Positions 22,261 to 32,641 of a stretch of 64,000 nt of DNA are shown piece after piece. The stretch's first letter is position 1; every line of letters begins with the position of its first letter. The stretch comes from Podarcis filfolensis (taxonomy: Eukaryota): NCBI GenBank assembly GCA_964270895.1, contig OZ185440.1; one strand, 5' to 3'. The notes below the pieces were generated by a model that was not told the origin of the DNA, ran no database searches, and worked only from the letters and a program-made list of their open reading frames with translations. Position numbers and translations under genes: made by a program.

Positions 22261-25200
22261 CATCTGTTGACTATGAGGAACATGAATTTAAGGCATAATG
22301 CATTCCAGAATAAATTCTGGTTTGCCAGTAACAAGATATCATTCATTTGGCATAGGGTAAGGCAGCACCAGACCCATGGCGAGAAAGGGGTACTACTAAC
22401 AGGCAGGGAAATGTGGAGCCCAGTTCTAGCCATGTTTACTTATCTCACTGGTTTCATTTGAATTTGCTCCAATGTAAGCATGGACAGTATTGCAGCCATT
22501 CATCTTCATGTTTATTATTGGGTTCAATTGTTCTTCAGTTTTCTGCTGCAAACAGCCTAACCCTATTTATCTGGTAATAAGCCCTACGTAATTTAATAGG
22601 ACTCACTTCTGAGTGGACAGCTCATAAAATTAATGCAGCATACAATTTTCATATGTTTACTACCTTTAAATCTACATGCAAAATCAAATACCAGCTGATT
22701 TAGGGTTGTGGAAAACTTTCCAGGAATGTTTATGGAAATTTTCACAATTTATTCCCCCCCCCCCCGCCAGTAAGCCCACATCACTAACTGAACTGATGCC
22801 TTTCTTACTGGGCTTATTTTAATATTAATACAGGGCATACATGTTGAAAATGACCCCTTTGTTTGAAACAGTACAGTAGTCTTTTAAAATCTTGCCTAGA
22901 ACTGAAGATTTATGCTGGGCAGAGATCTGATTCTAGGGTGATACCAAATCACCTTCTGACGGAAGACCAATACACCCCTCCGGCTACATTGGGTATCTCT
23001 AATCCTGAGGAAAAACCAAGCATGCTTGTCATATTTATAGAGACTCTTTACTCACATTAGCATGCCATGGCTGAAAAAAGCATTAACCACCAGAAACAGC
23101 GCTGTCACCAGCAATAGACACTGATGCAAGTCCTAGAAGGACAGGGATCCATGTACTTACTTAAAATTATAATCTATCCTGAGTCACATGGATGGTTTGG
23201 GCTATAAAACAAAAATAACTTTATGTCCTAGTGAGCCACTTGTTTGGCAAGGTTGCCCAGGTCAGACCCCAATGACCATGTGAGTCAAATTCTCCTTTCC
23301 CAGCATTTAATTAGGATGGTCCTATTGAACCAGTAGAATTGCTGGGAAATTTTACGGAAAACCTCTCAGCCACTGATGAGAAATGTCAGTTATTCTTGGG
23401 AACTCCTAAGGTTTGAGACAGTAGCACCCGCAAATTTTGGATCAGAAGAAATAAAGACAAGTTAATAAAATGTTGCTGGCTGGTCTCCAAAGACTTCCAT
23501 AGACACGGTCTAAAAAACTTTGGTTATCCTGAGAGAGCAAGCAGATGACTGACGACTAGCTGTGAGGGAAACGCTGTGTGTTCTCAGCTTCTCCATAGGT
23601 CTGGCAGGCACGTTGTTTCATTACTAAAGTCCTGGAGCAACTTTTAATATCATTCAGGATGACACAAGCCATTTTTTATGATGATAAATGGTCTAGAATC
23701 ACCACCAAAGGAAGCATGTAAGGCTGGTGACACATTTATTGTTACCATGGCTGCTCCTGGCTGGAGATTACTTATTAAAAACCAGCAAGAGGGCAGCAGT
23801 AGACAGCTGTTTGAAGGGACCAGAATTATTCCTGCTCTCAGACACAATCATAGCCAGAATGAGTGAGAGGAACTTTCTGCCTTCGGCGAAACTAATAAAT
23901 GAAAATATTACTTTAAGTGGCAAGGGGTAGGAGAGTTTTCCGCCATCCCCTAGATTTGGATCATATCTGAACCTTCTATGTGGAACAAATTGAATCGATT
24001 GCAATCTGATTTTACAATAATGTTTTCTTGTTTGAAATAATACCTTTATTTGAGCAAATGCATATTTTAAACCAATTAATTCAAAGTGTTCTTTCTTTGG
24101 CTATGTTTGTACTTCAGGGCTGAACTACATGAGCCATCTCTCTTTTTTATTCTGTGGATTTATGCATTTTTATTTTTGGCTAAGCTACATTAGTTTATCA
24201 GCCTTCTCTAATCCTAGTTTTAAATGTGGACAATCAATTCTGTGGTGCATTTCTAAGAGGTTTTGTGTCAATTTTGAAAGCAGTGGCAATGAAGCCTCTG
24301 GTTCCTGAGTTGGCTGAGCTACTGTGAGGTTTAACAGTTTCTGTGAACATTCCATCTGCTGAGGGAGATTATTAGGCTGTGGCTTCATATTGCTCCAACT
24401 TTGCCAGATGAAGTAAACAAAACAAAACAAAATCTCTCACATGGAGAATGTGGACTGGAAAGCTCAGCAGGAAGAGGTCCCAGGAGGAAGCAGCACTCAC
24501 AGGTAAGCAGCCTGAACACATGGAGGCTAAAGGAAGGTATTCCAGAAATGGAAAGCTGAGGGAAGGTTGGATAAGGCAGAGAGGGGTCTGAGGAAAACAA
24601 GAACAGAAATAGATGGTTTAGAAGAGTGAGATAAAAAAATGAGCTAATGAAAGGGGAAAGAGTTTGTGTGTTCTTGGTAGGAGTGCAAAACTAGTCAAGT
24701 TGTCTAAAGAAATTGAGTACACACTTGAGTACACGCAGAAAGAGCGTACACATTCAAAGGAGCTGAGGAAATAGCAGGTGGCAGAAAGTTGAAGAGACTA
24801 AGGGCCTAACCAAATGCACACATGTGTATTAAATGCTCAGTGAAAGTTTGAATATAAAGTAGGGTAGTGGTGGTGAGAAGATTAACCTTTTACTCTAAAA
24901 GAAGTTTGGGGAGCAAAATCTACTCCCTCCCCTGCCTTAGCTATGTACTTCACTGTTTTATGATGCCCCTCCCCTTCAGCTCAGCTCTGATACCAAAAGT
25001 AAGGGGGCGCATCTTAAAACATCAGAAAGTAAGGTGAAAACACTAACAGCATGGACTAAAGAGTGAAGACCTCCCTCCCACCATAAAAGAGGAAGAATAA
25101 ATTTTGAATCTTCAAACTAATCTTCAAATTCAAACCAGCAGTCAGGCAGGAGGAAGGGAAGCGTGTACTGGAGGAAGACATTTGATGGCTCCAATTTTCT

Positions 25201-25272
25201 TTCCCAGCCAGATAGCTTCCTGGCACTAGCTGTTTTTTTACCCTAAGCCTTCTACTTAGAATCTACTTAGAA

Positions 25273-25403
25273 TGGTTGGACAGTGTTCTCGAAGCTACCA
25301 ACTTGAGTTTGACCAAAGTGTGGGAGGCAGTGGAAGACAGGAGTGCCTGGCGTGTTCTGGTCCATGGAGTCACGAAGTTAGACACGACTAAACAACAACA
25401 ACA
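25273..25403 (+). mobile_element. BovB (RTE) LINE 3' tip
   Basis: Matches the 3' end of the 35130-35880 copy; (CAA)n tail. Confidence 0.85.
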
Positions 25404-25552
25404 AGCCACTTTTTGTTTCTGTCAACCCAAAGGAAAGGATGCAGACTGTCCTTTATGTGTATCTTAATTTTGTTAAGCAGCTCCTTTTCACAGAATTCCT
25501 TTTGCACAAAAACATTTTAAAATAAAAATTAGCCTTGCAGTATGAGAGGTGT

Positions 25553-25908
25553 GGGGTTGCGGGTGGCGCTGTAGGTTAAACCTAGGACTTGCCGATCAGA
25601 AGGTCGGCGGTTCGAATCCCTGCGACGGGATGAGCTCCTGTTGCTCGGTCCCTGCTCCTGCCAACCTAGCAGTTCGAAAGCACGTCAAAGTGCAAGTAAA
25701 TAAATAGGTACTGCTCCGGTGGGAAGGTAAACGGTGTTTCCGTGCGCTGCTCTGGTTTACCAGAAGCGGCTTAGTCATGCTGGCCACATGATCCGGAAGC
25801 TGTACGCCGGCTTCCTCGGCCAGTAAAGCGAGATGAGCGCTGCAACCCCAGAGTCGGTCACGACTGGACCTAATGGTCAGGGGTCCCTTTACCTTTACCT
25901 TTACCTTT
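25553..25908 (+). mobile_element. Sauria SINE, full length
   Basis: GGTGGCGCTGT head, GGTTCGAATCC B box, (ACCTTT)3 tail; no clear TSD. Confidence 0.92.
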
Positions 25909-27042
25909 CAACTCCAAATCCTTTCCTGGCTTGAACTGCTCTTTTGTGCAAACGCAAATTTCTATTTCTTTCTTTTTTTTTTTTAGCTTTACGAGCACAG
26001 ATAAGCAAATGGACCTCTGGCTTCAAATCACAAATCACATTTGCCTTAATGTACTTAATGGTAAAAATTATATATTCAGTGCTTTTCAGCACTGCCATGC
26101 TGCAACAATCTGGATTAAGGTGTGTGTGTGTGCGCGCGCATACACACACATTTTGTCTTTCGGGGGGGGGGAGTTGCGGGAGGGGGAAGAGCTATCAGAA
26201 TGGGTGGTGCCCAGGTCACTCTTGCCAAAATCTCCAATTGTGCTGACAGGTTCTAAAAGGTTGTCAATCCTAAATGATTGACATTGGAGTGGTTTTAGCT
26301 GGAAGCTATAGGCCATAAGTAGTGTTCTTTCACTTTCATGAACATCCCCACGCCCCCACAAAAATGGACTACAATATACCAAGAATATTTTCTCCCCATG
26401 GTGCCTAAAGGACATCTAGCTAACAGACTATGCCATTTTATACCTTTGCACATTTACTTCTGATTTGGGAAGAACGAATCAGTTGTGGATTTGCTTTGGG
26501 AAAACACTACTCCCACAGCAAAGGAGAGTGAGAGAGGCAAATGACAAACCAGACCTCACTTTCAGAGAAATAGCTCACAGGTGAACTGCAATTGTAGCTT
26601 CAGGTCACTAACATTTACAGAATGCAAGAGCCACTATTATACCAGACTACAGTGCTGGAACAGTGGCTTATGTGACAGCTTCAGTGAGGAAATGCTGCAG
26701 GATGCCTTCTTTATGTGAATGAGCCTGGTTGTAAAGAATGGCTGTGGTGGTGCTGGTGAAATCCTCTGATCTTAAAAATGCAGGAATTTAAAAATCACTA
26801 GAGCATAAGTACAAATGACTTGTAGCCTTTTTGTTTAATGTTTCAGATTCTTTACTTTGTATTAACATCACATGTTCCATCTTTTCTCTTTAACCATGAG
26901 GACTAGAATGTGACTTTAAGAAAAATGAAGTTTGGCATTCTTGGGATAATAACAGGAGCTCTGGCTATACATAAGTGTTACTTGTGTTGTATGTAAGCCA
27001 TGGGATATTTGTTGCCCAGCCTGCCAGACATATAAGCAAGTA

Positions 27043-27503
27043 CAGTGGCGTAGGAAGGGGTGTGTGATGGGTGTGGGCTGTTCCGGGTGTCATCACTGAG
27101 GAGGGTGACAAAATGACAAAAATGTGAGGTGTTTTTTTTTTAATTGGGCTCACTAAACTTTTTAGTTCAGTCAACAAACGCAATGAAATGTGGCTGGCAC
27201 TGGGCGCCACACCGCGGGGGCTGCAGCATGCCCGAGCTGTGCGTCTCTCCTGGGAGTGACGTGGCGGCTTGGGTGCCTGCAGGCTCCAGGCGCTGCCTGA
27301 AACAGCAGCGTGGGGCTTGCATCTGCCCACCGCCTCAGCCACCCTACAGTTGAGGGGGAGGTTGTGGAGAGGCTCCATGCAGTGCGCCCTGCCTTGGCTT
27401 GCCCCCCAATAGGCGGCTTGCCCTGGCCCATGGATGGCTCACCCCGCCCCCATGGGCAGCTCACCCTGCCCCCCGGGCACCCAAGCGGCTAGCTATGCCA
27501 CTG
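27043..27503. mobile_element. Non-autonomous hAT element
   Basis: TIRs CAGTGGCGTAG / CTATGCCACTG; 8-bp TSD agcaagta / agcaggta. Confidence 0.8.
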
Positions 27504-28329
27504 AGCAGGTACAAAGTACTTTCATAAACAGCCATTGTTGGGGATTTGTGTTATCAGTCTTGTGAGATGATTCGAGCAATGTAAATTTGTGGGTACATCC
27601 ATTTCTGGTTCCCTCTTTGCCCCACAGCCCCTGAGGTAGAATGCTGAATTATTTGTGAAAGGAAGTGGTCGCTTTTACTTGCTCATGAGTATTTCTATTC
27701 AGTCTAATAGAAGAGAAATGGGCTTTTAAAGTCTCCAGGGACCTTGCTTTATAGATGTAATTTACCTTCAAAGTGTCTCAGATATGCCGCTAGAGAGAAT
27801 TTCTAAGAGTGCAATTGCATTAGGTATGAATGCAGAAGGCAAACTACAGATAAAATGCAGAAGACATTCAGAGAATCAAGAGGGAGTGAGAAAAAGATAA
27901 AAAAATATGAAAGGAATGAAACATAGAAGTGAGGAAAACAAAGACTGAAAGACTGAAAGAAAGATTGAAAGGAGGCTGCACAGATTCAGCTAAAGCATGC
28001 TAAAAAGGGTGATCTTGGAAGGGAGAGAAGAGGATGTTTCAGTGGTATGTGAATATTGGGAAACATGCAACGAAACTGGGCCTTTTATTCAAGAACATGT
28101 TAAAGTAGTGGACTGAATTATTTGATGGTATTTTTCCTTGTACATTAAGTGCAAAATTGTTAAAATGCTTGAATAAGAAGTAGTGTATATGTGACTCAGG
28201 CATTTACAGATTTAAAGTTAGAATGAGCTGGATTGTGCCATTATTCTTGGTTTCATGCATTTTTATTATGTGGTATGTCATAGCAAAAGAAACCTGTGAT
28301 ATTGTAACACTCTTTGCTCCTTCTCAGTA

Positions 28330-28714
28330 CAGTGGTACAGTACCTTGGTTTACAAACTTAATCCGTTCCAGAAGTCTGTTCTTAAACCGAACCCGTTCTT
28401 AAACCGAGGTGCGCTTTCCCTAATGTGGCCTCCCGCCACCAGTGCCCTTCCACCCTTCGGCTTCCATTCTTAGACCGTGGTAAAGTTTGCAAACCAGGAC
28501 ACTACTTCCGGTTTTGTGGAGTTCGTAAACTGAATAGTTTGTAAACAGGGCTGTTCTTAAACGGAGGTCTTGGGTTACAGACACTTCAGGTTACAGACTG
28601 TGCTAACCCAGAAATAGTACCTTGGGTTAAGAACTTTGCTTCAGGATGAGAACAGAAATCGCGCGGCAGTAGCGCAAGGCCCCATTAACTAAAGTGGTAC
28701 CTCAGGTTAAGAAC
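28330..28714. mobile_element. Two fused Tc1/mariner (Tigger-like) MITEs
   Basis: 28330-28568 forward subfamily; 28569-28714 is the reverse complement of the 45171-type MITE; CAGTGGTAC terminus after TA. Confidence 0.75.
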
Positions 28715-28797
28715 TTCCCTATACATGGCTGCCTTCCAATATCTTCTAAAAGCTGTATAGTTACTTATCTTCTTGGCTTGGGGGGGTTGCATAACTC

Positions 28798-28935
28798 CAT
28801 AGCTGCCAACATTTATCCGATTAAAATAGGGACGTCCTAAGGAAAAGTGGAACATTCTGGGATAAAATCAGAAACCAGGATGACTTCTGTAAATGCGGGA
28901 CTGTCCCTGGAAAATAGGGACACTTGGAGGGTCTA
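28798..28935. mobile_element. Short non-autonomous DNA-transposon-like repeat
   Basis: catagctgccaac...gggacacttggagggtct ends; resembles 41096-41293. Confidence 0.45.
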
Positions 28936-29214
28936 GAATACTCTTCTTTCTCCTTCAACCACAAGGGGAATGCAGATTCACTATCCCATTCTTCCCCTGG
29001 CTCTTGCACCCATTCTCCTCTCCTGCCTACTTAAACAAGCAGGATGTTTGTGCTGTTCCATAGGAGATGGGAAGTGTGAGGAAGATAATATTTTGCGAAG
29101 AGCAGGGATGTAGAAGCTACATCTGAAAAATTCCTAAGCAGATAGAGAGGTTCTGTGAGTTATTACCTGGTAAGACTCTGGGGCAGAACACCCAAAAGCC
29201 AATTTTATGGTATT

Positions 29215-31109
29215 TGTCACGGTCTGGTTCATGGGCGATCGAAGTCCTGGCTGGGGATGTTGGGACCGGGGGCAAGATAGCGGGGTGGAAGCAGGAACGG
29301 GAGTCCAGAAGACAGGAGTCAGAAAGCCTAGATTCCGAGGGTTAGAGATCCGGGAGTCAAGAAGCCAAGGGTCTGACGGTCAGGAAGCAAGGAGTCACGA
29401 AGTCAAGGGTCCGAGAGTCAAGGAGTCAAACGCAGAAAGGCAGGGAACGTGTTGTTGTGGCAAAGAGCTGAAGGGAAAATGCTGACCTTATATCCCTTCC
29501 CTGCTCTTGCCACCAGGTGCTGTGAGTTACCAATTGGCCTCACCTGTGTGGCCACGCCTTGCCTCTTCAGAACAAACTTAGGAAGGCCCCAGTCCTGCAG
29601 AGTCCTATTGTCACAGGGCCTGGCTCTTGCACGCACACCTGACAGTACTCCCCCCCCATAGGAAAATGGGGTTCCATCCCCGGTCATGGCCCAGGCTTGT
29701 CTGGGAACCTCCGATGGAAGGCCTGTACTTTGGTGGGCATGTGCACGAAGTCGGCCGGCTCCCACGATCATTCCTCTGGCCCGTAGCCCACCCAGTCAAT
29801 TAGACAGTAGAGCTTGCCATGGAGCCATTTCAAGTCCAGAATCTGGGCGACCTGGAACTCATCATGGCCATCAAACTGGACTGGCGGTGGGGCAATGCTT
29901 CAGCTGGGATACGTGAAACACTGGGTGGATCTTCAGGGAGGGGGAAGCTCCAACTTGTAGGCGACCAGATTGATCTGCTGCAGGGTGGTGAATGGTCCCT
30001 GGTCCACCTTAGCCGACGGACGTCCAGTGCGGTGGTGCTCCAACGACAGCCAGACCTTATCCCCAACCTGGAACGCGGGCCCCTGCTGGCGCTGTCAATC
30101 CGCTTGCGCCTTATAATCTGCCTTGGCTCTCTCTAGGTGCCGTATCAGGTCAGCTTGTGTTTCCTGGATGTGGGAGACCCGATCATTGGCGGAAGGCACG
30201 AGAGACGCCGCCGGTAGTTAGCGTAGAAAGGGCTCTGTCCCGTGGAGGCATGGCAGGTGTTGTTATAGGCAAACTCAGCCAGTGGCAGAAGGTCCACCCA
30301 ATCGTCCTGATGGTAGCTCAGGGACCAGTGGAGATATTGCTCCAGGACTTGATTAACCCTCTCCGTCTGGCCATGTGTTTGAGGGTGGTATGCGGAAGAG
30401 AGGCGCCTCTCAATACCCAGTCCCTTGAGGAAGGCTGCCCAGAACCGGGACGTGAACTGGGGACCCCTATCGGAGATCACCGCATCCGGGAGCCCATGTA
30501 GCCGGAACATGGGTTCAAGAAACAAGTGGGCTGTCCGTTGCACTGTGGGGATGCTTCGAGCTGGGATGAAGTGTGCCATCTTGGTGAGTGAATCTACCAC
30601 CACCTGAATGACCAACTGTCCTTTGGACACAGGGAGGTTCACGATGAAGTCCATAGAAAGTGTTGACCATGGCCTGTGGGGGGTGAGTAACGGCTGGAGG
30701 AGCCCCAAGGGTCTCTGCCGTGGCACCTTCGTCCAATGAAAAGTCTCACAGGACCGCACGTACTTCTTAATGTCTGCCCGAACCCCTGGCTACCAGAAAG
30801 CTCAGGCCAATAGCTGCAGTGTCTTCGCGTATCCCCGTTGTCCGGCAGTTCACGCATCATGGCACTGCTCAAAGACCTGGGTCCGGAGCGTCCCCTCTGG
30901 AATTTAGAGCCGGCTGCGATGATACATACACCCATCCCGGACATCAAGCGGCGCACCCCCCAGTTCCGAAGGCACCAGGCTAGTATCTAACCAGGTCTTG
31001 GTGAACGGATCCTGTCGCCGTGCCTTGCCTCTTCAGAACAAACTTAGGAAGGCTCCAGTCCTGCGGTCCTATTGGTCACAGGGCCTGGCTCCTGCATGCA
31101 CACCTGACA
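29215..31109 (-). mobile_element. Internally deleted Gypsy/chromovirus LTR retrotransposon
   Basis: 5-bp TSD GTATT on both sides; full 3' LTR 29215-29644 (TG...CA) preceded on the minus strand by G-rich PPT (29645-29657); 88-bp 5' LTR remnant 31022-31109; integrase zinc-binding remnant, DDE core and chromodomain. Confidence 0.92.
30145..30759 (-). pseudogene. Gypsy integrase core (DDE), disrupted
   Basis: WSTLSMDFIVNLP / VISDRGPQFTSRFW / HPQTHGQTERVNQVLE; stops and frameshifts on both sides. Confidence 0.9.
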
Positions 31110-32158
31110 GTATTAGCCTGTTTTAGCATGTCCTTCCTGTTTTAAAGTGGTAGGGGAAGCAGCAATGGTGCCACTCTCATTATATGAGAATTGACCCTTG
31201 GTCAGGTCTCAATTCAGCATGAGAATAATAGAGCATTTGGAAGGGCTGGGAATATATTTTTAGATTGTTACCAAGCCTGCACATGTTGACGTGTCCTAGT
31301 GCACATGTCTCCATTCACATGTTTCACAAACACATGCTCCCTATGGCAACCAATGCCTGAGGCCTGGGTCAGTAGCTTACACTTCATTATAGTGGCAGGG
31401 CTAGATGGCGGAGGTGGGAACTACTGTTGCTATATAAGAGTGTTTTTAGGGATATGGCAGGGTGAAATGGAGGCCCAGATGCATCAGGGAAATGTTTGAA
31501 TACAAAAGGCTTGGGCAGAGTGATAGCTAGGAGATGGAGAGAAAAGGAAGTAATAAAACACTAATTCATACCTTCCAACACTACTCAGATGAAAATCAGG
31601 ACATTTTTATCTGAGGAATGCAAGGTGTTTCTAACTGGGGGGAAAGGGTGGTGGAGGAAATAGGTGCACACTTACTCAGTACATGCTCAGAGGCACTACT
31701 GCCATCTCTTCATTACCTCACACATAACCGGATGAGACCCTAGCACTGGCCATCAGCCCTCGTTCCCTTTCCTCCTGCCCTCTCATCCATCTTGCTAGTT
31801 GCTCAGGACTCAACCATTGCCGTTGCCAGCTCCAATCTGCACTGCAGCCCTTTTAATCCCTGCCCCCCCCCCGTCTCTCTGAAAGGTGCCCTGGTGAATT
31901 ACATAATTACGCCGGACCATCAAGCTTGTAGATCACCAAACTGTGAGGGGAAGTGAGGCAATATCCATGCAGATCTGATCCAAAGAACCAACCTTGGAGA
32001 GTCCAATCCACTGCGTGGATGGCAGGTGAGTCTCAGGCCCTACGTGGCCTCTGCGATCTGCTGTTGCCACTCTCTCACTCACTGCCAGGGCAGCACTGTG
32101 AGAGGGGAACAAAGCCTTGAAATTGGGACACCCCAATTTCAAATCAGAAGCTTGACCT

Positions 32159-32292
32159 CATGGGCGTAACTAGGATTTTTGTTAGGGGGGACATGCCTTT
32201 TGTTGGGGGGGGCAGAACCTCAGTTTTTATTGGTTTTTATTGATTTAAGGGGGGCAGCTGTCCCTCCCTGCCCCCCCCCGGCTATGCCCATG
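32159..32292. mobile_element. Short hAT-like MITE
   Basis: TIRs CATGGGCGTA / TATGCCCATG; decayed 8-bp flanks (5/8). Confidence 0.6.
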
Positions 32293-32441
32293 CTTCATCC
32301 ATCAAAACTTAGGAAATATTCCCTGAGAAAATTACACATTATTTTAGCACACAGAGCAATCACAAAAAGCCATCTCTGGCTCTCCTCATTACTCCAAATA
32401 TTTCCTCTACAAAAGGAGATATCTTGGAGAACACTTCCCCA

Positions 32442-32641
32442 ATAGTCAAAACAAAAAATTTTTTTTCCTTCCAGTAGCACCTTAAAGACCAACTAAGTTA
32501 GTTCTTGGTATGAGCTTTTGTGTGCATGCGCACTTCTTCAGAAGAACCAAGAACTAACTTAGTTGGTCTTTAAGGTGCTACTGGAAGGAAAAAATTTTTT
32601 TTGTTTTGACTATGGCAGACCAACACGGCTACCTATCTGTA
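32442..32641. mobile_element. Penelope-like element terminal fragment, inverted-repeat form
   Basis: 68-bp inverted arms 32442-32509 / 32546-32613; hammerhead-like core in the loop; direct repeat acttccccaatagt at 32433 and 32642. Confidence 0.75.

Noticed and set aside
24185-24430. 81-aa minus-strand ORF with protein-like composition (also 32722-32958 on plus)
   Set aside because: No recognisable homology and no convincing splice signals.
25553-25625. tRNA-like A/B boxes (also 4760-4841)
   Set aside because: These are SINE heads; no cloverleaf, so not tRNA genes.
29684-29863. Functional link between the retroelement chromodomain and the neighbouring H3K9 demethylase
   Set aside because: The chromodomain has an internal stop and no expressing frame; proximity alone is not evidence.
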